Origin: an uncultured delta proteobacterium
GTDB lineage: Bacteria; Desulfobacterota; Zymogenia; Zymogenales; Zymogenaceae
Reading direction: 5' to 3'
Assembly (NCBI GenBank): GCA_963735595.1
Contig: CAVTLK010000002.1
Coordinates: 256,001-320,000 of the forward strand
DNA: 64,000 bases
In this document: positions 19,285 to 28,498 of the stretch, one piece after another
How the letters are laid out: every line of letters starts with the position of its first letter
How positions within the stretch are numbered: the first letter of the stretch is position 1
Translations under genes and position numbers: made by a program
The notes under the pieces: generated by a model
The model's database searches: none
The model's input: the letters and a program-made list of their open reading frames with translations, nothing else
Told to the model about the DNA's origin: nothing

Positions 19285-19422
19285 TCATATCGCCCCTGGA
19301 AACCCCGGAATCCCTTTCTTTTCGTTCCCCTCGCCGCAGGCGCAGGCGAGGTTGCAGGGCGTGCACTCCATGAAGCCCCGCTCTCGTCGCCCTCCTGATG
19401 AACCGATAGCAGGGAAGGGATC
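19285..19422 (-). pseudogene. Orphan, decayed copy of the 3' end of the QueG-like gene at 21641
   Basis: 19285-19383 aligns without gaps to 21641-21739 at 82/99 nt; translates as ...ERGFMECTPCNLACACGEGNEKKGIPGFPGAI*. Confidence 0.85.
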
Positions 19423-19603
19423 GCATCTTTTGGTTCGAGTTTAGACCTATCATACTTTTTACAGTTACGAAAATATATCCGCTCCGGCTCAAGCATGGAT
19501 AATAGGTATTGACCGACGGCCTTTATTATAGTATAAGCTACTATTCTATTGTTGACTAATGTTCCGTTACCGGGAAAGCAAGCCCACTTTGGAGGAGATC
19601 ACA

Positions 19604-20230
19604 ATGCCCCTTAAGGAAAAAGTCCCGAACCAGATTTTATACCTGGCGTGTACCGCCGTCGAAGAGGTGATGGGTAAGAACGGCATCAATTCGATCCTCA
19701 ACTACGCCGGCCTGAAAAAGTACATCGGGAACTACCCGCCCAACGACCTCAACCTCGAAATAGACTCCATCGACTTCACGAAGCTGGCCACGGGGCTCGT
19801 CAAGATAATGGGCGAAGGGGGCTGTAAGTCTCTCATGCTCAGGGGCGGCATAAAGGGTTTCGAGATAATGCACCGCGATTTTCCGTCGTTGTTCAACATC
19901 GACGGGCTGAAGATCGAGGAGAGGACACCCGATAAGCTCTTCGATGAGCTGATACGGATAAAGGGAATAATGATTGCGGCGGCCGGCGGATTGTTCGGGG
20001 AAGACATCTATAAGAGGGAAGAAAGAACCGACCAGCTTGCGTACGAGATCGGACCCTGTTTCTGGTGCCGCGGGGTGAAGGCGAAAACCGCCATCTGCCA
20101 CGGCGAGATCGGGTTCAACATCGCCACGGCCAGGCTCGTGCTCGGGCGCGACACCGAAGTCGAGGAAACCCACTGCATCGCAAAGGGCGATCCCGTGTGC
20201 CGGTTTGTCATCCACCGGCCGAAAGCTTGA
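19604..20230 (+). CDS. V4R (4-vinyl reductase) domain protein
   Basis: EEVMGKNGINSILNYAGL..YIGNYPP, CFWC, C-terminal VEETHCIAKGDPVCRFVI. Confidence 0.88.
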   Translation: MPLKEKVPNQILYLACTAVEEVMGKNGINSILNYAGLKKYIGNYPPNDLNLEIDSIDFTKLATGLVKIMGEGGCKSLMLRGGIKGFEIMHRDFPSLFNIDGLKIEERTPDKLFDELIRIKGIMIAAAGGLFGEDIYKREERTDQLAYEIGPCFWCRGVKAKTAICHGEIGFNIATARLVLGRDTEVEETHCIAKGDPVCRFVIHRPKA

Positions 20231-20260
20231 GGGGGGCGGGGCCCATATCCGTTATCACGC

Positions 20261-21490
20261 CTATTTTATCGGATATCTCCCGTAATCCTTTGCCACCTCG
20301 AGCATGATCTTTATCTTTTCAACATCGAGCTCAGGATGCGTGTGCGCCATGGCGAGCAGGAACCTCCCGCCCGGCGCGCACGTTTTTATGACGCTCCGTG
20401 CGGCTTCCCGGACTTCTTCGGGTTTCGAGCGGGATGTAAGAATATAGTCAACACCCATCCCCCCAACGATAGTATACCGGTCGCCGTGCGTCTTTTTTTC
20501 GTACGCGATATCGACGTTCGAGGTTGTCTCGAAGGCATGGCCGCCGTCGAATCCCCACTTGATAAACAGGTCAAAAAGCTTCGTGTTGTCGCCGCACGAG
20601 TGGTTCATGATCCTTCCGCCCCTGTCGTGCACCGCCTTGCAGAGCCGCGTATAGGGAGGCCCGAAAAGCTCGTCGACCGTCTGAGGCCTGAGCATCGGGC
20701 CCGATTTGAAGGACATATCATCCCCTTTGAGAATGACCTTAACGCCTGCATCCATCATGGCCATAACGCTTTTGAAGATGAATTCGTCCTTGTAGGCGAT
20801 AAACCGCCGGATGAATTGCGGGTCCTTCCTGATAGCTATGACCAGGTTTTCAAACCCCACGGATGCGTACAGGGTCTCATGAATGCCGAAGGCTATATCG
20901 CCGACGATACATATTTTATCGCCATACTTCGGCAGCGCGTATCGATAGAAATCATAGCAGCGGTGGGCCATGTCGTCGGTATCGGGGAAATAGGGCCACT
21001 CGTCAAAGGCCTTGGACGTGGGAATCGCGGGGCCGCGGTACATATAATATATATTGCCGTGCCCGTCGTCTACCCAGTCGTAGAAGGACCCGGTGCTTAT
21101 CGCCAGGGTATTTTCATCCCAGATCATCCAGCGTCCGTCAAACCCGGCGTGAATTGAATCAAATCCCAGGGCTACCGCGGCCTGTACTCTCTTCATGAGA
21201 TTACTCGTCACGGATGAGTCAACGAGGAGCTTCTTGAACTTCTTCACCTTTTCCGCGCTTTTGACTCTCGTCGCTTCGTCCAGATCGTTTCGTATGGACC
21301 TCTCGGAATGCATGCCCAGCCATTTTACTATTTGGAGAAAGAGAGGATTCCTAAATATGACTCTCGGGGGGATAACAGGTTTGCCAAGAACCTGCTGTAC
21401 CGGCCAGTCGTCCAGACCTTCGGAATACGTCTGGACCCTGTCCAGCTCTTTTCCATCGATTACCGCAATAATTCGTTCCGTAGGATTCAT
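20261..21490 (-). CDS. Uroporphyrinogen decarboxylase / MtaA-CmuA-like family protein
   Basis: GDDMSFKSGPMLRP, HSCGDN, GGMGVD, CAPGGRFLLAMAH. Confidence 0.85.
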   Translation of the reverse strand: MNPTERIIAVIDGKELDRVQTYSEGLDDWPVQQVLGKPVIPPRVIFRNPLFLQIVKWLGMHSERSIRNDLDEATRVKSAEKVKKFKKLLVDSSVTSNLMKRVQAAVALGFDSIHAGFDGRWMIWDENTLAISTGSFYDWVDDGHGNIYYMYRGPAIPTSKAFDEWPYFPDTDDMAHRCYDFYRYALPKYGDKICIVGDIAFGIHETLYASVGFENLVIAIRKDPQFIRRFIAYKDEFIFKSVMAMMDAGVKVILKGDDMSFKSGPMLRPQTVDELFGPPYTRLCKAVHDRGGRIMNHSCGDNTKLFDLFIKWGFDGGHAFETTSNVDIAYEKKTHGDRYTIVGGMGVDYILTSRSKPEEVREAARSVIKTCAPGGRFLLAMAHTHPELDVEKIKIMLEVAKDYGRYPIK

Positions 21491-21640
21491 CTTGTTTTCC
21501 TCTTGCGTCGTTATAAAGAAGCTGTTTAGAATAAACCGCGGGTGAATACTCCCCTTGCCTCCGGTCGCATGACGGAAAAGACGCCGAGCGCGCATTGTTA
21601 TGCGCTGCGGCCCGGCAGGTATGGTACTTCCCCCTGCCCC

Positions 21641-22345
21641 TCAAATCGCCCCTGCTACCCCCGGCATCCCCTTTATCTCGTTACCCTCACCGTAGGGGCA
21701 GGCGATGTTGCAGAGCGTGCACTCCATGAAACCGCGCTCCGACGCGCGCCGTATGAACCGGTCCCACGGTCTTTTGATCTCTCGGTCGTTGACATGGTAG
21801 ACCACGCAGCGCTCGATCGTGACCTTTTCGCCGGGCGGTACTCCCTTTGAGTCCCCCGGGGCGATGGCGCGGTAGGGACAGGCGGCGATGCAGAGCGGCT
21901 TTTCCCGGCAGAGGGGCTGTTCGGCGCATAAGTCGCGCGTAAACGGCGTGTCCGCCGTCAGCTCCTCTTCGGTCAAAAGTCCCACGAGGCGCACGCGCGG
22001 CCCCCAGCCGGGCGTGATCAGGAGGGTACTCCGGCCGATATGGCCCAGACCGGCCAGCGCGGCCGCGGGCTTGAGCGCCACGCGGTGGGTGGGGCGGAAC
22101 CCGATCCCGTGCTCTTTACGGAGCCGGTCGGCCAGCCGCCAGGCCCGGGCTTCGGTGATCTCGTAATAGAAATTGAAGTATTGTTCTTCCGTAAGGCCGG
22201 GGTAGTAGGAGGAGGGGATGGAGACCGAGGTGTTCTGGGCCTCGTCGGAGACGACGATCCCCAACACGATCAGCGACCGTGCCGCGGGGTAGACCTCGGA
22301 CGGCCGCCTGAGGCCGCGGCCGGGAGGGAACTCGATCCGTTCCAC
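21641..22345 (-). CDS. QueG-like (epoxyqueuosine reductase/RdhA-like) 4Fe-4S protein; the true start probably lies further upstream
   Basis: KPAAALAGLGHIGRSTLLITPGWGPRVRL, C...CIAACP, CTLCNIACP; the in-frame upstream sequence IKRHARDLGFTLTGIVS continues to about 22420. Confidence 0.8.
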   Translation of the reverse strand: MERIEFPPGRGLRRPSEVYPAARSLIVLGIVVSDEAQNTSVSIPSSYYPGLTEEQYFNFYYEITEARAWRLADRLRKEHGIGFRPTHRVALKPAAALAGLGHIGRSTLLITPGWGPRVRLVGLLTEEELTADTPFTRDLCAEQPLCREKPLCIAACPYRAIAPGDSKGVPPGEKVTIERCVVYHVNDREIKRPWDRFIRRASERGFMECTLCNIACPYGEGNEIKGMPGVAGAI

Positions 22346-22569
22346 GTCACCGGTTGAAACGATCCCGGTAAGCGTGAAGCCGAGATCGCGGGCGTGTCTC
22401 TTGATGTCGGCGTAAGGCTCATGTAATATAGCGGCCGAATCCGAAACGGTACTGCGCGGGATACCCGCCGAGATCGCCGTGGCGCTTCCGTGCTCACTCG
22501 TGAATGATCGGGATGTACGTTAGTATCTGTAAAAACAAACAGCGAGATACGGCCTATTCGGCGCGTCCT

Positions 22570-23043
22570 CTACAGCGCGTTCGTGAACCCGATGTCCGTC
22601 CATGTGCCGCGGATCACCATCCACTCGCCGTCTTCTTTGACCAGCTTTATATCTATGAGGTAGCCGCCTGCCGAGGCGGGGACTACGTCTCCTATCGTCT
22701 CCGGGTCTTCCCCGCCGGTGAGGATCACCTTGACCTGGGCCTCGGCCTCGTCGCCCTCAACCGTCACCTGGGTATCCCGCACGAAGACGCCCACCTTCTC
22801 GTATCCTTGGAAATATACAAAGAGGATAACCTTGAGTGCATCGCGGTTGTTGCCCTCCGGGTCCTTGTAGCCCTCGGAGACGTTCTCGAGGATGCCCTTG
22901 ATATCCTTTGCTTCGGCGAGGTCGGCCGTCTCGTTGATCATCGCCTTGATCTTATCCTCTTCGCTGACCGGTTTCTTGCACCCCGGCGCGAGCAGCGCGA
23001 CTATCAGCATGGCCGACAGCAGAACGATCGACAGACGTTTCAT
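22570..23043 (-). CDS. Lipoprotein with an NTF2/SnoaL-like domain
   Basis: Signal peptide ending LAPGC; DIKGILENVSEGY..., KEDGEWMV. Confidence 0.75.
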   Translation of the reverse strand: MKRLSIVLLSAMLIVALLAPGCKKPVSEEDKIKAMINETADLAEAKDIKGILENVSEGYKDPEGNNRDALKVILFVYFQGYEKVGVFVRDTQVTVEGDEAEAQVKVILTGGEDPETIGDVVPASAGGYLIDIKLVKEDGEWMVIRGTWTDIGFTNAL

Positions 23044-23115
23044 GGTAGATTCTCCTCTTCTCGGACGACTTTACCTTACCACACGGCGCCGGGGCGGTCA
23101 AGGGGGCGCTTCTGC

Positions 23116-23144
23116 TTGACACCCCCGGCGGCATCTGGTATCTT
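23116..23144 (+). promoter_or_regulatory. sigma70 promoter
   Basis: TTGACA-17-TATCTT. Confidence 0.6.
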
Positions 23145-23188
23145 TTGCATAGTCGATTTCGCACGCATTTTATTCAAGGAGTTATGCC

Positions 23189-24043
23189 ATGGCAATGAAC
23201 CGCAGCCTGATCGGCAAGAAATACGGCCCGGTGGACGGCGTGGTGGACGTCAGGGAGGCGATGTATTACGCCCTTGCCACCAACGACCCCAACGAATGGT
23301 ACATAGACGGCGCGCGTCCCGGCGGCACGGTGGCCCCGCCGATGTACGCCATCAGCAAGGACCTCGGCGGCAAGGGGATCTTTGAGATTATCAAGGACAC
23401 GGAACTGGGGCTCAACTACGCCTTCGTGGTGCACGGCGAGCAGTACTTCGAATGGAACGAGCCGTTGATCCCCGGCGCGAAGATGAAGGTCACCGCCACG
23501 ATCAAGGACATCATCGACAAGGGCACGGGCGACCTGTTGGAGATGAAGGTGGACTGCACCGACGAGAAGGGAACGCTCGTGGTCAGCCAGGTCGTCAGCT
23601 TCTTCGAGCGGCGGCCCGACGCCCCCAGGAAACCCAAGACCCCGGAGGCCCCCGAGGACAGGAGCAAACCCCTCTTTACCGCCTCGATGAAGGTTCTCCG
23701 CGGCCAGACCTATATCTATGCCGAACCCTCCGGCGACCATAACCCAATCCACGTGGACCCGGACTTCGCCGTCAAGGTGGGGCTGCCGGGCATCATCCTG
23801 CAGGGGCTGTGCACGATGGCGTTCGTCCAGAAGGCGGTTATCGACAACGCCGCCGGCGGAGACCCGACAAAACTTAAAAAACTCAAAGTCCGCTTTTCGA
23901 GAAACGTGCTGCCGGGCGATACCGTCTCCACCTCGGGCTGGCTCAAACAGGACGCGGGGACGCACCGCATCGTGGGTCTTGAGGCACAGGTAGACCGGGG
24001 CGACGTGGTCATCCGGGATGCATGGGCCGAGGTGGCCACGTAG
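23189..24043 (+). CDS. MaoC-family double hot-dog (R)-enoyl-CoA hydratase
   Basis: YALATND, VVHGEQ, hydratase-2 motif YAEPSGDHNPIHVDPDFA..GLPGIILQGLCT. Confidence 0.9.
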   Translation: MAMNRSLIGKKYGPVDGVVDVREAMYYALATNDPNEWYIDGARPGGTVAPPMYAISKDLGGKGIFEIIKDTELGLNYAFVVHGEQYFEWNEPLIPGAKMKVTATIKDIIDKGTGDLLEMKVDCTDEKGTLVVSQVVSFFERRPDAPRKPKTPEAPEDRSKPLFTASMKVLRGQTYIYAEPSGDHNPIHVDPDFAVKVGLPGIILQGLCTMAFVQKAVIDNAAGGDPTKLKKLKVRFSRNVLPGDTVSTSGWLKQDAGTHRIVGLEAQVDRGDVVIRDAWAEVAT

Positions 24044-24076
24044 GCCGTCCGCATTTCATTATTGGTGGGAGTCGGT

Positions 24077-24811
24077 ATGCAGTCAACTAATTCGGGTACG
24101 TTTATCGGCCTTGGGCTCTTTGCCCTTATCGTCGTCGTGTTTGTCCTGATCTTCTTTTTTGCGGGCAAGAAGGCCAAGAAGTCGCTGGCTGAGTTCGCGG
24201 CCTCCCGCGGGCTTGCCGTCCGGCCGATAGACGAGGGTAACGAGCTCGAACAACGGGTGGTGGAACGGCTCGGAATTCCCGAGGGGGGGATCTATCAGGA
24301 TATCGTCAAGCTTCCCCTCTCGTCCGGCGAGGGGTGGCTCTTCACCAGGGCGCCGGAACGGGAAAAAAACAACGTCGATCCCCATTCGTCGACCGGCTCG
24401 CCCCATCAGTACATTGTCGTCTTTATTGATATTCCGATCAAGGGCCGAAGCTTTGCCGCCAAGGCGGTCCCCATGCCGCGCGGGGGGCTCGGTCTGCAGC
24501 TGGTCGAATTCGTCCTGGCCAAGGCCTTCGGCGCAAAGGGCATCCACTACCTGGATACGACCGCCGATTACCCGGAGTTCTCCAAGGTCTACAACGTCTT
24601 CACCGAGGACGAAAAGGGGGCGCGATCGGTCATCCTCTCGTCGGGCGTGGTCTCCTGCCTCATGGCACACCCGCGCAAGGACCCGGTCAACCTCTCGTTT
24701 ACGCCAAAGGGCTTCGGCCTTGACATCGAATCGATGCTCAAGAGCCGGCAGGATATTGATCTCTTCGTCCAGTGGACAGACGATCTGGCCCGCGCGCTCG
24801 ACCGGGGATAG
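24077..24811 (+). CDS. Hypothetical single-TM protein
   Basis: Long ORF with an N-terminal TM helix; resembles the next ORF (LPLSSGEGWLFT vs LVLPNGEGYLFT). Confidence 0.75.
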   Translation: MQSTNSGTFIGLGLFALIVVVFVLIFFFAGKKAKKSLAEFAASRGLAVRPIDEGNELEQRVVERLGIPEGGIYQDIVKLPLSSGEGWLFTRAPEREKNNVDPHSSTGSPHQYIVVFIDIPIKGRSFAAKAVPMPRGGLGLQLVEFVLAKAFGAKGIHYLDTTADYPEFSKVYNVFTEDEKGARSVILSSGVVSCLMAHPRKDPVNLSFTPKGFGLDIESMLKSRQDIDLFVQWTDDLARALDRG

Positions 24812-24870
24812 GCCATGATCGGACGGGGCGGAGGCCGCGGGCGGCGGCGCCGTCGGGGCCGGAGTGGGGA

Positions 24871-24938
24871 CAGGCGATAGGCAACGGGCGATAGGCAACA
24901 GGCAATAGGCAACAGGCAATAGGCGATAGGCAACAGGC
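24871..24938. repeat. Heptanucleotide tandem repeat (YAGGCRA) x9 plus a partial unit
   Basis: caggcga taggcaa cgggcga taggcaa caggcaa taggcaa caggcaa taggcga taggcaa caggc. Confidence 0.9.
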
Positions 24939-24939
24939 C

Positions 24940-25650
24940 GTGAATATCATAATCGCCGTCATCATCATCATCGTCTTCCTGGCGCTTGACATCGTATTCT
25001 ACTTCCTCATCATCAGGTCGATGGAGAAGCCGTCGCCGTCGGCCGCACTCGCCCGGGCCCGGGACCTTTCGGTCATCCCCGATTCGGAGGGGGAGTCGGT
25101 CGGTCTGAGGCTCCGGCAACACCTTCCCCTGCCAAGGGGCGATCTTTTCGATATCGTGCGGCTTGTCCTGCCCAACGGCGAAGGGTATCTCTTCACGACG
25201 CAGCCAGACGCCGATTCACACATGCCAAAAGCGCGGGAAAACCAGCGCCAGTTTATCGCCGTGCTTATTCAGACACCTGCCGACGGCGGCCTGTTTATCC
25301 ATCCGCCGGTTCGTTTTCCATTTGCGGGTTTCAAGAGGCGGCGGCTCTTTCGCGTGTTCAAGACGGGGGCGTTTTCCCCGGTGCCGGCCGACCGGCTGCC
25401 GCCGACGCTCGCCGGCGGCTGGCGCATGCGGGCCGAGCATGAGCGATTCGACCCGGAGAGCTTCTTTACCCGGGAAGTAACCGACGTCATGACTAATCGG
25501 GTTCCCCGCTCACGGGGGTTCGCGCTGATGATCTGCCCCGGCGGCCTTGCCGTCTATATCAACCCGCTCCTGAAGGATCAGGAGGAAGTGGGGCGGTTCT
25601 GCGATTTCACCGGGGATCTGGTCGAAGCGGTCGCGAAGAAGACGCGGTGA
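24940..25650 (+). CDS. Hypothetical single-TM protein, probable paralog of the gene at 24077
   Basis: N-terminal TM helix; shared GEG(W/Y)LFT, Q(Y/F)I(V/A)V and LK/DL motifs. Confidence 0.72.
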   Translation: MNIIIAVIIIIVFLALDIVFYFLIIRSMEKPSPSAALARARDLSVIPDSEGESVGLRLRQHLPLPRGDLFDIVRLVLPNGEGYLFTTQPDADSHMPKARENQRQFIAVLIQTPADGGLFIHPPVRFPFAGFKRRRLFRVFKTGAFSPVPADRLPPTLAGGWRMRAEHERFDPESFFTREVTDVMTNRVPRSRGFALMICPGGLAVYINPLLKDQEEVGRFCDFTGDLVEAVAKKTR

Positions 25651-25800
25651 GGAGCAGGGGAGTATCACCACAAAGACACAAAGGCACGAAGGACAGGTAA
25701 CGCGCTTAAGCAAGATGAATCGTGCAGACCCTTGGTATTGTGCTTTAGGGTGCACGGACAATACGGTGTGCAACGCCGAGTCACACAGACGGAGGGGATC

Positions 25801-27678
25801 ATGAAAAAGGCGCTTGTCATCATCGGGATTATCGTTCTCGTCGCGGTCGTCGGCGGGGTCGTGTTCGTCAATACCCGCACGGTTTCGGACGGCTCGGACT
25901 ACCTGCCGCCGCGGGAGGTGATCGAGGCGGTCACGGGTCTCCCGGTAACCGAGGAAGGGAGGGTAAAACGGTTCGGCGACGCCTGGGTCGAAAAGCGGGG
26001 CGCCGATTACCTGCTGCACCTTTCGGGGACACCCTACGAGATGGGCTATCAGCACGGCGTCCTCATGGCTGACGAGATCACAAGCGGTGCGGTGCCGGTC
26101 TTCGCCGATCCGGTCTCCCACAACGCCTCGCTTGCAGGCAAACCCGCATGGCTCAGGAAGCTGTTGCTTACCTATCTCGAGTTTTCCGTCTACGGCCCCA
26201 TCGAACGGAACACCCCGCGTGAATATCTCGAAGAGATCAAGGGTATCGCCGATGGCGCGGGCCTCGATTTCAGGGAGGTCTTCATCGCCAATTTCCTTTC
26301 CGATCTCACGATGGCCATGACCCCCGGGGTCATCAACAAGAAGGCCGCGGAACTGGGCATCGGCGCCGAGTGCAGCGCCTTCGTTGCCGCCGGCGACGCG
26401 GTGGAGGGCGGCGCGCTCATTTTCGGCCGCAACACCGACTATTCGGGGCAGGGCCGCTGGGGTCCGTACCAGACCATCTTCTTCTATAAACCGGCCGGCG
26501 GCCTGAGCTACGTCAACGTCGGCAGCGCGGGGCTCATCAAGGCAAATTCGGCCATGAACGAGGCCGGGATCGTCGTGTCCGGCCACTTCATGGCGTTTGA
26601 GGGGGCCGACCCGGCCGGGGTCTCGTTTACCGTCCTCGAAAACGAGATCATGCGAAAGGCGCGTACGCTCGACGAGGCGATCGCTCTGCTCGAGGATGCG
26701 CGCCGCGGCGGTTCCTTCGGCCTCATCATCGGCGACGGCGCCCGAAGGGAAGCGGCGGTCGTGGAATCCACCGCGGAACGCCTCGGCGTCAGGCGGATGG
26801 AAAACGGGGCCATCATCTTGACCAATTTTGCGACCACCGAGGAGCTCAAGCCGGTCGACCTCCTGCTCCGCTACAACCTGCTGTTGCGCAACGTCATGGG
26901 CAGGTACGAGCGCCTCTCGCGGCTCGTCGCGCTACACCGGGGGGCGATCACGCCGGCGCTCGCCGCGACGTTCATGAGCGATCACGTGGACGTGATCATG
27001 GGGACGGAGCGGGGCACCGGGATCACCGTCTGTTCGGACAACAACGTCACCTCGGCGGTCTTTGTCCCGGGATCGGGCCTCTTCTGGGTGGCCGGCGGAG
27101 GCGAGCCGGCGTGTATAAACGACTACGTCGGGTATGATTTTTCCGCGGAGATTGCCGGCGAACCGGGAGATCCACGCCCCGCTCTCCTTTCGGGCTACTC
27201 CTGGGAGGACCTCGCGAGACGGGCGGCTTTTGAGCTCTACATGAAGGCCTATATCGCCTACGAGGCGGATTTCTCCGACAAGGCGACCGCGCTCGAATAT
27301 CTCAGACTGGCCATTGCCGCCGACCCCGCCGAGCCGATCTATGCCCGCATGGCCGGTATCCTTTCCATCCACCTGAGGGACTACCAAACGGCCGTGGAGC
27401 TCCTTATCGGCGCGCTCACGCTGCCCCAGGCGCCAAACGAAACCGCCATGACGCACCTGTTGCTCGGCCGGGCATACGATCTTTCCGGCAACCGGGACCA
27501 GGCCCTGGTGCATTACCGGGAGGTTGGTAAGCTCGCCGAGGCCGAGGAGTCCGACCCGCTCATGGACATTAACGGCCTGGTGGTGGCGATGGCTAAAACG
27601 GGGATGGATATCCCGTTCACCGAAAAGGAAATCGGAGATATCCACATCGCTTTCAGCCTCGAGTCGGGATTGGAGTGA
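25801..27678 (+). CDS. C45-family Ntn-hydrolase (acyl-CoA:6-APA acyltransferase-like) with C-terminal TPR
   Basis: LSGTPYEMGYQHG, EEIKGIADGAG, ECSAF (Cys nucleophile), GRNTDY, AMNEAG; TPR-like HLLLGRAYDLSG. Confidence 0.87.
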   Translation: MKKALVIIGIIVLVAVVGGVVFVNTRTVSDGSDYLPPREVIEAVTGLPVTEEGRVKRFGDAWVEKRGADYLLHLSGTPYEMGYQHGVLMADEITSGAVPVFADPVSHNASLAGKPAWLRKLLLTYLEFSVYGPIERNTPREYLEEIKGIADGAGLDFREVFIANFLSDLTMAMTPGVINKKAAELGIGAECSAFVAAGDAVEGGALIFGRNTDYSGQGRWGPYQTIFFYKPAGGLSYVNVGSAGLIKANSAMNEAGIVVSGHFMAFEGADPAGVSFTVLENEIMRKARTLDEAIALLEDARRGGSFGLIIGDGARREAAVVESTAERLGVRRMENGAIILTNFATTEELKPVDLLLRYNLLLRNVMGRYERLSRLVALHRGAITPALAATFMSDHVDVIMGTERGTGITVCSDNNVTSAVFVPGSGLFWVAGGGEPACINDYVGYDFSAEIAGEPGDPRPALLSGYSWEDLARRAAFELYMKAYIAYEADFSDKATALEYLRLAIAADPAEPIYARMAGILSIHLRDYQTAVELLIGALTLPQAPNETAMTHLLLGRAYDLSGNRDQALVHYREVGKLAEAEESDPLMDINGLVVAMAKTGMDIPFTEKEIGDIHIAFSLESGLE

Positions 27679-27708
27679 ATTGTCCGGCACAAACAGCAGG
27701 GTCCGATA

Positions 27709-28443
27709 ATGAAACGGTCAGAGATAAACCGCATCATCGACGAGAGCGCCGCGTTCTTCGCGGCGCATCGCTTTCCCCTTCCGCCCTTCTGCCGCGTGGC
27801 GCCGGACCAATGGGGGAGGCGCCGTGACGAGCTTGCCGAGGTCATCGGGGCAGGGCTCGGCTGGGACGTGACCGATTTTGACCTCGGGGATTTTAAAAGT
27901 ACCGGGATCGTGCTGGTTACGCTCAGGAACGGTGGGACGCCGGCGGCGGCGGCCGCCGGCAAGACCTACTGTGAAAAGATCATCCACGTGCGCAACGACC
28001 AGACCTGCCCGATGCACTACCACCGCGCCAAGACCGAGGATATTATCAACCGGGGGGGCGGCACGCTCTGTTTCGAGCTTTATATGGCTTTATCCGGGGC
28101 TTTATCCGGGGCTATGTCGGGGGCCGAACCGGGGGCGGTATCGGACGGGCACTCGTTTTCACCGGATGGTTTTTCGGTCTGGTCCGACGGGATGAGCCGG
28201 GAGTGCGGGCCCGGAGAGGTCCTGCGGCTTGCCGCCGGCGAGAGCCTCACGCTTTCACCCCTTCTTTACCATTCATTCTGAGCGGAGGGGGGCGACGTGA
28301 TCGTGGGGGAGGTCTCAACCGTCAATGACGACGTTGCCGACAACGTCTTTTATGAGGAAGTGCCGCGGTTTATGACCATCGAGGAAGACGAGACGCCGCG
28401 ATACCTTCTGGTCCACGAAGTCGTACGGTTCCTGGAGGGATAG
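27709..28443 (+). pseudogene. D-lyxose/D-mannose isomerase family (cupin) gene with an in-frame TGA at 28279-28281
   Basis: MKRSEIN, LGWDVTDF, YCEKI, CPMHYH..KTEDIINRGGG, YHSF*AEGGDVIVGEVSTVNDD..DNVF...RF..IEEDE; the frame continues to TAG at 28441-28443. Confidence 0.88.
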
Positions 28444-28498
28444 GCGGGCAAACCAGGCGCGGCGGGGGATTGTAACGGCGTCCGTCACATCAGCCCGA

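Noticed and set aside
19185..19496. ORFs 19185-19496, 19217-19444 and 19262-19492
   Set aside because: Explained by the decayed QueG-like tail and promoter DNA
28279..28281. Genome-wide UGA reassignment (code 4 or 25)
   Set aside because: Many genes here end at TGA at their expected C-termini, and Trp is otherwise encoded by TGG
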